A DNA stretch of 64,000 bases from Spirochaetia bacterium (GTDB lineage Bacteria; Spirochaetota; Spirochaetia; UBA9216), in the NCBI GenBank assembly GCA_963677925.2, contig CAXXYH010000004.1:2112001-2176000 (forward strand), in the 5' to 3' direction. The notes beneath the pieces were generated by a model, which saw nothing but the letters and a program-made list of their open reading frames with translations, was not told the DNA's origin and searched no databases. The position numbers were made by a program, and so were the translations under genes. Position 1 is the first letter of the stretch. Every line of letters begins with the position of its first letter. This document shows, one piece after another, positions 1 to 10,100 of this stretch.

Positions 1-1
1 C

Positions 2-676
2 GGACTCCTTCAGATTAGAGATATTTCCGGGGACTTTATCGATAAACTGCTTGCTGAACGGAAATCACGGGGTGATTTCCTCAGTTTCAATGATTTCACT
101 ACCAGAACAGAGCCTTCATACCGGGATATAAGAATGCTTATAAAATCAGGCAGTCTTGATTCGATTGCCGGAGAACTTAACAGACCCCAGATGTTCTGGC
201 TTTTCTACAGCGGGAGCTGCCGCGGCGGATTCTTCGGCAGACAGCTTGTTCCGGGCCTGAAGGCATACAGCAGAAGGGTCTGTCTCAGCGATGAAATCGA
301 TACTTTGAGTCTTTTTTTTTCAGAACATCCAATCGATGTTTTTTCGGACCGGATAAAAAGGAGTTCTCCGCAGCCTCTGATCGATTCACGGGCTATAGGG
401 GGCCATATGGGAATGCGGGTTTCCATAGCGGGGACTCTTGCTGCAGAGAAGGAAGCTCTTACATCAGATAAAAAGCCGATGTGTTTCATCAGTTTTGAAG
501 ACCACTTTTCTATGTTTGAAACCGTATTTTTTCCCGATGCCTGGAAGGCTTATGAGGCTGTAATTTCGTCAGGTTTCGCTTTTATAGTGAGCGGGGTTGT
601 TGATAATGACCTTGGCGCCGAGTATATTAGAGTAACAGACCTTAGATGCCTGAACAGGATAAGAGAAGCTGTATGA
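2..676 (+). CDS. dnaE: DNA polymerase III alpha subunit, C-terminal part (partial, runs off left edge)
   Basis: Frame open from base 2: GLLQIRDIS..LLAERKSRGDFLSFNDF..LIKSGSLDS (HhH region), then OB-fold MCFISFED..FETVFFPDAW. Whether this is the replicative or a DnaE2-like copy cannot be resolved. Confidence 0.85.
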   Translation, partial: GLLQIRDISGDFIDKLLAERKSRGDFLSFNDFTTRTEPSYRDIRMLIKSGSLDSIAGELNRPQMFWLFYSGSCRGGFFGRQLVPGLKAYSRRVCLSDEIDTLSLFFSEHPIDVFSDRIKRSSPQPLIDSRAIGGHMGMRVSIAGTLAAEKEALTSDKKPMCFISFEDHFSMFETVFFPDAWKAYEAVISSGFAFIVSGVVDNDLGAEYIRVTDLRCLNRIREAV

Positions 677-691
677 ATTTTTTGAGTACAG

Positions 692-1639
692 TTGCCGAGA
701 ATAATACGGGGATATACATTGAAAATATTATTGATCGGCCGGAAAGACAGAAAAGAGGGTTTCGAGGCCCTGGCACGAATACTGACTCTTGAGAATGTGA
801 AAACAGAAATTCTGTGTTTTGAAGAGATTAACCGTGAAACCCTGCTTCCGACCCTTTTCGGTGCAGATATTTACCTCATATCCCCTGAAACTGAAATAAG
901 CGAAGATGACCTTCCCCTGAACAATCCCTGTTCAATCTGCCGGCTTGAAGCAATTGTTATGGGATTCGCCATTGCCCAGAAGGGCCGGATGATGCTTCTG
1001 GTAAGAGCAGGAGACAGCCCCGAACTGCCGTTCTCCGGACTGCCGGTGGTTAAAAGTCTTGGGGAGGCTATTTCTTATTTCCGGCGGGCTAAAAAGGAAT
1101 TCGAGAGTACAGAGGTTTTCCGTGAGGCCAGAGAGATAATTTCTGCTGCATCGCTTTCTTTCAGCGGAAAGGGAATGATTGAGGCTGTAAAGAATGAGAT
1201 GATGCATGAGGTAGAGGCCTTTCTCAGGGTCGGATTTGCCACCGATACTGAAGATTCCGACGGTGTTCCGGTAATTTCATGGGCGGTGAGAAAGGGTAGC
1301 CTTGAAATATGCAGGCTTCTTCTAAGCTATAATGCATCGGTAAATGTTATCGCCCGTGATCGAACTACAACGCCCCTTATAGACGCAGTTTCCTCAGGAA
1401 ATCATGAGCTTGCAGTAATTCTGATGGATGCCGGAGCTGATCTTGATTTCAGGAACCGAAACGGTCAGACAGCGCTTATAATTACAATTGGAAACAGGAT
1501 GCTCGATCTGGCCAGAGACCTGATTGATAAGGGTGCGGATATCAGCATATCAGACAGTCTAGGCATGAACGCTGCTGGTTATGCAAAGCTGTTTTCCATG
1601 ACTGAACTTGAAGAATACTTAAGCAGTAAAATTTCTTGA
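692..1639 (+). CDS. Ankyrin repeat protein
   Basis: C-terminal ankyrin repeats (GVPVISWAVRKG, TTPLIDAVSSGN, GQTALIITIGN). Start may be the TTG at 719. Confidence 0.85.
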   Translation: MPRIIRGYTLKILLIGRKDRKEGFEALARILTLENVKTEILCFEEINRETLLPTLFGADIYLISPETEISEDDLPLNNPCSICRLEAIVMGFAIAQKGRMMLLVRAGDSPELPFSGLPVVKSLGEAISYFRRAKKEFESTEVFREAREIISAASLSFSGKGMIEAVKNEMMHEVEAFLRVGFATDTEDSDGVPVISWAVRKGSLEICRLLLSYNASVNVIARDRTTTPLIDAVSSGNHELAVILMDAGADLDFRNRNGQTALIITIGNRMLDLARDLIDKGADISISDSLGMNAAGYAKLFSMTELEEYLSSKIS

Positions 1640-1686
1640 TATCCCCGTCTTGACCTTGGGGGGCGTGTAGATTACTTTTAAAGTGT

Positions 1687-2457
1687 ATGGAAGAAAAGAC
1701 AAAAGCAACCATTTTTCATGTTTACAGAAAGGATGGCAGTTCAATATTTTTATATCCCATGATAAAAGGCAAAAATGTACTTGGCCTTTTTGAGAATAAT
1801 GATTTTACCGGAGTATACGGTAAAGAACCCCGGGTTGAATCACTTACACTGCTTCGAAATGATCTTTACAGGATGATCGAGCAGTCGGTTAAGGAATGGT
1901 CTGCCGAGCGCAAATTTATTCCCCGTTTTCTTATATCAACCGGATGTTTTCTTCTCGTATACCTGCTTGCATCAGTGGTTATCAGAGATCCTCTGCCAAT
2001 GATAGATGAAATCCTGATTGGTCTTGCCGCTGCAGCCGCTCTCTATTTTTTCCTTGCAAAAAAGGATACTTCATCTAGAGAGGTTACCGAAAAAAAGGTA
2101 AGGCTCCGGATGAAAGTTGACGAAATAGTTTTCAACGAAGATCCCTTTGTCAAGGATGCTGAACAGTATCTTCAGAAATGTGAAGATGCTGAAGACATTG
2201 AAAAGCTTCTGATGAATATGCTTGCCGACGAAGATAATATCATGCATGCCCCCGAGGAGCTTAAGAAGGTCGAGCAGTTTCTGGAATACATCAGTCTTAT
2301 GTATGATCAGAATGCCATCAAAAAGCATGAAAAGATGCTGTCAAGGATGAAAAAAGGGAATGACTCCCAGCAGAAACAGATGGTTAAGTGGCTTTCAAGC
2401 AGAAAGGTTGATCCCTTTCTTTTTGCGGTCTATACGAAATACAAAAAACAAAGCTAA
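1687..2457 (+). CDS. Hypothetical membrane protein (2 TM)
   Basis: 256-aa ORF with two hydrophobic segments around RDPLPMIDE. Confidence 0.7.
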   Translation: MEEKTKATIFHVYRKDGSSIFLYPMIKGKNVLGLFENNDFTGVYGKEPRVESLTLLRNDLYRMIEQSVKEWSAERKFIPRFLISTGCFLLVYLLASVVIRDPLPMIDEILIGLAAAAALYFFLAKKDTSSREVTEKKVRLRMKVDEIVFNEDPFVKDAEQYLQKCEDAEDIEKLLMNMLADEDNIMHAPEELKKVEQFLEYISLMYDQNAIKKHEKMLSRMKKGNDSQQKQMVKWLSSRKVDPFLFAVYTKYKKQS

Positions 2458-2603
2458 TCGGCTTTTAAAAACTTCAGTTTTTAATAGGCTACGATAACAA
2501 AGAGGAAGAAAGATTTGCAAATAGTTCCTCAGTACTTATTTACATGCGATTGTAAAATCTTTCTTCAGATGAAATAAAAAAAACAACCGGTTTTTTTATT
2601 TCA

Positions 2604-3860
2604 TCAATCTACCTTGTTTAATTCCTGCATCTGTTCAAGAAGATTAACCGAGCGTGAGGCGCTTGCGAGAAATTCCTCGGCGGGAGTGAAGCTGTTGTCT
2701 AAATCAAGCGCTGCCTGCCAATATGCAATGGCTTTTTCAAGATCACCTGAAGCATAGGCTTCAAGTCCTGCAATATACAGTTCATCAACCCTCTGCTGCT
2801 TTTCATAGCGGCCCTCATCTCCGAGTTTAAGCTTTGCGGTAATACTGAAACGGTCAAGAAGGTTATTTGAGGAAGTTGTGGGGTCATGGGTAAAATTGAT
2901 GTTATAAACAACCTTCTCAAGGTTTATAGTGCTTCCAAGTGCTACACCAAGGCTTCCGGCTCCTGTACTTAGAAACACACCGCCGTGAAATGAGAAAAAA
3001 TCAGTCATTTCAGAGTTAAATCCCAGTGCATAGCCGGGAGTTTCCGCTTCAACATCAGGATCAAGGCTGACAGGCAGATCGAAATCAAAAGCAAGTTTAA
3101 AAGGCCTCACCGGCTGGTAGGAAATACCTGCTGAGAACTCGGTGGGCAGGGGCTCCGGATCCGTGATTGTTTCAAATCCAAGGTTTTTAAAAGCGGCTCC
3201 TATGGAGAAGTTCTTATCTCTTGAAGAATAAAACTTCAGAAAATTAAAACTTGAAAGGAGTCCGATGTCGGCTGCAAAGGCTGCAGAATTCTGAGTGACC
3301 GGATAAAAGACTTCCGGTATATGATGGTATGCTGCTTTAAGTGAGATTCCTGCGGATATCCCGTTAAAATAATAGGAGCGGAAGAGGTTATAGGCTCCGG
3401 TAACAGAGATAACCGCCTCGAAAGGAGTTCCCTTTGCGACACCTTCGCCCCAGTCATTATATTCTGTGAAATTCAGATGAACTATATTTCCTGTAGCTGC
3501 TATTCCCAGATCCTCAAAACGCTTTGTGAATGCAATGCCGTCTATGTAGGAATCTGCAATCCAGTTATTATGAAGAAATGCAAGCTCTGTGAGATCAAGC
3601 AATGCTGCTGAAGCAGGGTTATAAAGAAGTGATGATGTGTCATATGCCACGGCTGTTCCGACTGATCCCATACCGGCAGATTTTCCACCGACCGGAATTT
3701 CCAGTATAGGGAAAACGGTCTGTCCTGTATTGCTGTTTTCGCCCTGCAGATACTCTATAAATGTTGTAATATCACCGTAGGTATCGGTAAAATCCGAGGC
3801 CGTGCAGATGACGGGGATGAAAAGAGGCAGAAAAAATGTGAACAGCAGAAATCGCTTCAT
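2604..3860 (-). CDS. UPF0164 / PorV-FadL-like outer-membrane protein with C-terminal TPR
   Basis: Signal peptide MKRFLLF.., motif LEIPVGGKSAGMG..A..D.SSLLYNPA, LAFLHNNWIAD, C-terminal TPR (LYIAGLEAYASGDLEKAIAYWQAAL). Confidence 0.8.
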   Translation of the reverse strand: MKRFLLFTFFLPLFIPVICTASDFTDTYGDITTFIEYLQGENSNTGQTVFPILEIPVGGKSAGMGSVGTAVAYDTSSLLYNPASAALLDLTELAFLHNNWIADSYIDGIAFTKRFEDLGIAATGNIVHLNFTEYNDWGEGVAKGTPFEAVISVTGAYNLFRSYYFNGISAGISLKAAYHHIPEVFYPVTQNSAAFAADIGLLSSFNFLKFYSSRDKNFSIGAAFKNLGFETITDPEPLPTEFSAGISYQPVRPFKLAFDFDLPVSLDPDVEAETPGYALGFNSEMTDFFSFHGGVFLSTGAGSLGVALGSTINLEKVVYNINFTHDPTTSSNNLLDRFSITAKLKLGDEGRYEKQQRVDELYIAGLEAYASGDLEKAIAYWQAALDLDNSFTPAEEFLASASRSVNLLEQMQELNKVD

Positions 3861-3934
3861 ATACAATTTAATATACTACAGATGAACAGTCTTTTCTATC
3901 ATACTTTTCAGAACTGTATTCATCCCTGTATACT

Positions 3935-6900
3935 ATGTCGGTTGTTTTCCTTATTTCTTTTTCTTTTTGTGATAGTATTTTAGCAGAAAGTTCGATAAAT
4001 TGTCGGCTCATAAGGAGCCTCTTTTCTGCCGATATAATGAAGAGGTTTACCATGCCCTGCAGACCGGATGGAGAAACGGTTTCAGGCAGATTTTGCAAAG
4101 TAACAGAGGCTTATTTTTTGTTGAAAAGTGCTGCCGGTACTCTAAAAATTATACTACTCATAATACTGCTTCTGAATTCGGCTTTGGCCTTTTCCGGCGG
4201 CCGGCAGGAAGGTTCTGTTAATCAGCTTGCAGAAGCCGAGGAACTTATCAATCAGCGTCAGTATAATCAGGCTGTTCTTATCCTGTCGGGGATGTTGAAG
4301 ACCAGTCCAGATAAACTCGATGAAATTCAGGAACTTCTCAATCGTGTAAGGACTGAAAAGGAACTTTATAATGATCGTTATGAAGAGCTTCTTCTGACAT
4401 ACGGCGGCGATGATGTAGAGGCTGCATATCCAATAATTAAAGATCTTGAAGATATGGATCCCGATCCTAATGAAGCTACCCGTGAATCCCTTGTTCTCGC
4501 CCGAGAAACCGCCGGTTTCGTTTTCAATAATAACAGATACAATGACATAATGGAGGAAGCCGCTGGCCATATGGCAGCCGGACAGCTTACTCAGGCAGTA
4601 AATACGTATATGAGCGGCTTTGATCTCAGCCGTGATATTTTTAATGATGCAGGTTACGGCAATATTATCATGAACGATGTTTATGAGCATACCAATCAGA
4701 TGGACGAACTAAGCCGTGAATTTCTGACCATATATACTGCTCTTGCCTCAAGTCTTGGGAATGAAACCGCTGTTTTTGATCGGAGAGATCTCGCAGAATA
4801 TCCAAGGACTACCGCTCCTATTCTTGAAAATCTGACCAGAAGTATTGAAATCAAGAACCTGCTTGATGAACTTGCAGTGTATTTCCTTGAACAGGAAGAG
4901 AATATCCGGATAAGCCGCGGAGATGATAAGCAGGTGCATTACCTTGTTTATATGAACAGACTTCTTATGGGCAGAACCGACGCTCAGTCTCCTGAAGGAA
5001 TAGTGGGCGCTGTAAATGTAAACAACACCGGGGTTGCGGAAACTATCCGAAGTCATGCTGTTCTTCTGGTTGAAGAGGCTTATTCTGATGCTCTTTCTCA
5101 CTATTCAGCGGGAAGGTACGAGCAGGCAGGCGCGGGATTCTCGACTGTAATGACTCTTGCTGAAAGCGTGGTGCAGACATTTGCAGTCTGGGATACCGGC
5201 TATACAAGCTTTTCCGGTGAAATCCCTGATCCGAATGAGGATGAGCAGCTTAATACTATAATTTCAAACCAGGTCAACAATGAAACCTGGTATTCCGCAG
5301 CTGAATCCTACAATTCCCTGATAGATGAAAATCTCGCCTATCAGGATCTTAAGCAGCAGATAAATTCACTTGAAAATCCGGCAGATGGTGAGCAGATCCG
5401 AAGCGTGCTGGTTAATCATGACCGTATAATCACCAATCTCGGTGACCAGTGGGACTCAGAATACCAGCGGCTGAATACAATTGCATCAACCGGTTTGAGC
5501 ATAGGGCCGTCGGTTGAGACTACCAGTGGAATGCTTAATGAGATTAGCAGGATGGAGGATGATCTTCTTGTCGATGAGATTATTCTTGTTGCTGCTATGG
5601 CGGAAGCTGATCTGTCGGACTATGAAGTTACATTACGCGGGCTGACCGGAATCAAGGATGAAGGAATTTTACTCATTGACGGAGTCCCTGCTGAAGATCA
5701 AAACGCTGCAGCTGATGATACCGGGGAAAATGCCGAAGAAATTCAGATTCTATACAAGTATCCGGACAGGGCCCTTGAAAGCCTGCTGCAGATTCAGCCC
5801 GCTATTACCCGGCTTGCTGCAGATATAAGCGGAATCCAGAATTTTATAGCAGAGGAAAGAATTGAAATCCGTACCGGAGAGCCTGTTCGTGAAGCCTTGA
5901 CCCACGCCGATACTCTGGATAACAGTACCACGGAGCTTGATAACGAGGTTGAAGAGCTTATCGCAAGAGCAAGAGAGCAGATATTTACTGCCGACCGGCT
6001 CAGACAGGAAGGTGAGCGAAGGATTCAGGAATCAAAGACCCTTACTCAGCAGGCCCAGTTTCCTGCTGCAAAGGAAAGGCTTGAGCAGGCTGCACAGAAA
6101 TTTGATGACTCTCTCACTTATCAGGAAGATTCTGTTCTGCGTGATTACCGCGATAATGATATTCCAAGACTCTATGAAGAGATTCAGGTCGCAGAGAATA
6201 ATCTTGTAATACGTCAGGTAAGGCAGTATTTGACCGAAGGAAAATCATATTATTCACAGGGGAAATTCCCCTCCGCTCAGAATGTCCTGATCAAGGCCAA
6301 GAACCGCTGGGCTGATACGAATGTGGAGGAAAATGCAGAGGTTGAATACTGGCTTACACTCACCCAGACCGCTCTGTCGGTAACCTCCGGACGGACAATT
6401 TCACAGACCGATCCGCTTTATTCTGAGATGAACCAGTATCTAAGCCAGGCTCAGGCTGATTTTATCCAAGCCAAATCTCTTTATGACCAGGGCCGTGGGG
6501 AAGATGCTGATTTCTACTTCAGCAGGGCTGAACAGAGCATTTTGTATGTTCAGCAGTTCTTCCCCTTTAATGAGGAAGCCCGGGTTCTTAACCTGAGAAT
6601 AAGCCAGTACAGGGATCCGGAAAGCTTCAGGGAACTGTTTAATAATGACTTTCAGACTGCAAGAAGCTTGATTTCAACCAATCCCAGGAAGGCTTATATT
6701 GACCTGAAGGACCTTGAGGCAATTAATGCTACATACCCTGGACTTCAGTCGGCAATTACTGAAGCTGAATACGCCTCCGGTATAAAAGTTAAGCCTCCTG
6801 ATACGACAAAAATCAACCGGAGCATCGAGCTCTATCAGCTGGCCTACAGTATAGTAAGCCGGAATGTACGCTCCGAATTTAATGTTGCATTAAGCTACCT

Positions 6901-7159
6901 CGATGAGGCAATTACGCTGAACCCGGATAATATAGAAGCTATAAGGCTGAAAGACCGAATTTCAGCGGATGTCGGGGGTACTGCCACAGTTGTTATGTCC
7001 AGTGCCGATCAGCAGCGCTATCTTGAAGCTGTTAATGAATTCTCAGCCGGCAATTACCTTAAAGCCCGTATTATAGTGGAAAATCTTCTTCAGAATCCCG
7101 ATAATCAGCGTAACACCAAGATTCTTGAACTTAAGGAAAGGATTGACAGGACCAGATGA
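3935..7159 (+). CDS. Large exported helical/TPR-like protein
   Basis: 1074-aa ORF; signal-like stretch ILLIILLLNSALAFSGG suggests the true start is near 4120; TPR-like helices in C-terminal half; stop overlaps next start (ATGA). Confidence 0.75.
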   Translation: MSVVFLISFSFCDSILAESSINCRLIRSLFSADIMKRFTMPCRPDGETVSGRFCKVTEAYFLLKSAAGTLKIILLIILLLNSALAFSGGRQEGSVNQLAEAEELINQRQYNQAVLILSGMLKTSPDKLDEIQELLNRVRTEKELYNDRYEELLLTYGGDDVEAAYPIIKDLEDMDPDPNEATRESLVLARETAGFVFNNNRYNDIMEEAAGHMAAGQLTQAVNTYMSGFDLSRDIFNDAGYGNIIMNDVYEHTNQMDELSREFLTIYTALASSLGNETAVFDRRDLAEYPRTTAPILENLTRSIEIKNLLDELAVYFLEQEENIRISRGDDKQVHYLVYMNRLLMGRTDAQSPEGIVGAVNVNNTGVAETIRSHAVLLVEEAYSDALSHYSAGRYEQAGAGFSTVMTLAESVVQTFAVWDTGYTSFSGEIPDPNEDEQLNTIISNQVNNETWYSAAESYNSLIDENLAYQDLKQQINSLENPADGEQIRSVLVNHDRIITNLGDQWDSEYQRLNTIASTGLSIGPSVETTSGMLNEISRMEDDLLVDEIILVAAMAEADLSDYEVTLRGLTGIKDEGILLIDGVPAEDQNAAADDTGENAEEIQILYKYPDRALESLLQIQPAITRLAADISGIQNFIAEERIEIRTGEPVREALTHADTLDNSTTELDNEVEELIARAREQIFTADRLRQEGERRIQESKTLTQQAQFPAAKERLEQAAQKFDDSLTYQEDSVLRDYRDNDIPRLYEEIQVAENNLVIRQVRQYLTEGKSYYSQGKFPSAQNVLIKAKNRWADTNVEENAEVEYWLTLTQTALSVTSGRTISQTDPLYSEMNQYLSQAQADFIQAKSLYDQGRGEDADFYFSRAEQSILYVQQFFPFNEEARVLNLRISQYRDPESFRELFNNDFQTARSLISTNPRKAYIDLKDLEAINATYPGLQSAITEAEYASGIKVKPPDTTKINRSIELYQLAYSIVSRNVRSEFNVALSYLDEAITLNPDNIEAIRLKDRISADVGGTATVVMSSADQQRYLEAVNEFSAGNYLKARIIVENLLQNPDNQRNTKILELKERIDRTR

Positions 7160-10100
7160 TGTGCAGCGGACTGTTAAGAAAATTATTTATTTTTCTCATT
7201 ATTTTCATAAGCACCGCTGCCGCAGTGTCAGCCCAGGATTTCTACTGGGAACAGCAGGAGGTTCTTGTTGATAACGCCGCGTATTTCAGCCGCTCTGCAG
7301 CCGGAACCGAGCTGATGGCTGCTGTCTGGCAGGATCGCATACGGGAAACTGAAAACGGAGCTGAATACGGACTTTCAATAATCACTTCGACAGACGGACT
7401 TGAATGGAAAACTAACAAGCGTTTCCTCGGTCCGTTTTCCTACACGGGCAAGGAGAATTTTTTCTTTTCGCTTGCGGTTAATAAACAGGATATAATTTAT
7501 CTTGCTGTTTCAAACGATGACAACAGTATAAGCCTCTACCAGTCCTCCGACGGCGGAACAAGCTTTACCGAAAATTTCCGTTCTGATCCCTTTCCTGTAA
7601 AAACCAGTCCACGGCTGTCGCTGCGCAGTGACGGCGGGATGATTCTTTTTGTTACTCAGGAATCCAATGTCGATGAGTTCGGTTCGCTGGGAATATACTA
7701 TTCGGTATCCGATAACAGCGGCAGCACCTGGTCTGAATTCAGCCAGCTTGCGCCCGAAGCTGATTTGAAGGGAAACTTTCTGCCTTCCCACACTTCGTTC
7801 ATGGGCCGGGAATACGTGGCCTTCCAGGCCTTTCATCTTGGAACCACTTCTACCTTCCAGCTCTACCTGAAATACAGTGATGACGGCGGCCACTCGTGGT
7901 CTGATGCCGTTTATATATCAGGCTTCGAGGATGATAACGATCTCTATGATGGCGATCCCTATGTTTTTGACAACCAGCGGCCTTTTCTGCTGGGAAATAC
8001 AAGCGGTGTATACCTTGCCTGGGAACGAGGATATGCCGGAAACAACCCGCAGATTTATTTTGCTGAGCTGAACCGCAATGGATCGGTCACCGGATTCCCC
8101 GAACAGGTAAGCGGTGGAATAGCCGAATGCAGAAATCCGAGAATGTCCTATTACCGGGGAATGCTCACGCTTATATGGTTCGACAACAGGGCCGGAGACT
8201 ACCATAATATAATAGCCAGGCGTGACGGTGCGTTCTGGAGTACCAATGATCTCAACTATATTACCGCCGGCTCGTCGGTATTCGGAAATCTCCTCGTCCG
8301 GCAGGATGATTTATTTGTCATGTGGGAAAACACCATCTCAGAGAGGACCCGGCTTGTGCTTCTTTCACCTGACAAGACTGTGTCTGCTCCTGTTCTAAGA
8401 GCTGCTGATTTCCGCGCATCAACCCCGGCTAAGCAGGACAGCTTTACAGTACGCTGGAATACACCTGATGATTCATCAGGCATTGCCGGCTATTCATGGA
8501 CTTACGACCGGGATGAAAACTCAAAGCCCCGCGAAAGCCTTATGATGCTCGATCGTAACCGCAGCATAACCGTTGATGCTGATGACGACGGTTCATGGTT
8601 TTTTCATGTCATTGCCCAGGACTATGCCGGAAACTGGTCAGACACATCAACAATAGAGATTATCCGCGATACAACACCTCCGGGGACGGTTACTTTTAAT
8701 GAGCCTGAAAAGGATGAGCGGGATACGCTTCTTTCCAATACGCTTGCCCTGGGCTGGGAGCCTCCGCCCGAGGAGGATGTAGCCGGATACAGCTATACGC
8801 TGCAGGCTTTAAGCGGCTGGACCTACAGCGGCGAACTCGATGTCTTCAGACTAAGAACCCCGTCGGGCACTGTGCAGACATCCGGAACAAGCTATTCCTT
8901 CAGAAACATTGACAACGGGCTGTGGGCACTGAATGTCCGCGCTATCGATAATGTAGGAAATGCAGGTGAAGCGAATACCCTGTATTTCAGGCTTAACAAG
9001 TACATTCCGGTTACCTATATTACCAGCATAAACAGTAAGAAGGATGAACTTGGGACTCTTACTCTAGAAATTACCGGTCGCGGATTTTCAGTTGGTGGTC
9101 TTATTGAAGAAGTTATACTCGATACAGACGGCGCCGAGCCTTATGACTATGTCTTTACAAAGGATACCGATCTCTACAATGTTGTTGATGATCGGTTTAT
9201 TAGAGGTCCGCTTCTTGAGGATATACTTGCAGGTACTTACCGTGTAGGTCTTATTCATCCGGAACGCGGACTGTATTTCACCAGGACCGGGATAACCCTT
9301 GAATCAAGCGGAACTGTAAAATTCGGTGATTTTTCGGTTATTCCTGTTCCTCAGTGGCAGGTGGTGGAACAGAAACGCTTCAATATTCCGTTTAATTATC
9401 TGCTGATGGCGGTAGTGCTGATTCTGCTTGTCTTCCTTTTTATTTTTACACTGCAGCGGGCCTTTGCTCTTGCTGCTGAAGGCCGGACTCTGCACAGGCA
9501 GGCAGTAGCCCTTATTGAAGGGCAGCTGCTTTCCGAAGAAGAAAAACAGGAGAGGATTGCTCAGATGGCTAAAATGAGAATGGGGCTAAGATTCAAGTTT
9601 GCCCTGTGGGTAACATTACTGGTAATGCTTATAGTCGGAATGGTTGCAGTTCCTGTTGCGGTTGTCACTTCGGATAATCAGCGTCAGATTCTGGCAACGG
9701 GACTTGAAGAGAGGGCTGAGGTTCTGCTGGAAAGCATTACCAGCGGTGCGAGGACTTTTCTTCCTTCAGACAACATTCTTGAACTTAACAACCTGCCTTC
9801 ACAAATGTCCGCAATGGGTAAAGATGCAGTCTCTGTTACAATTACCGGCCACGGAGATACAGCTGCAGAAGGATATCAGCCTGACAAGTTTGACTATGTC
9901 TGGGTAACCAATGACGGCTCACTTCCCGAAGAAGCCCGGGGAACAACGGGAGTCTATCTGATGGAGGATGAAATTTCCTCGATTACAGATGAGCTGTCGG
10001 CCTCTGTAAACGAGCAGGCCGCCTCACGGGTAGGGCTCATTGTTGATGAAATTCAGCTTCTTAATGAACAGGTCGAACCTCTAGTTGACCGGTTTATCAG

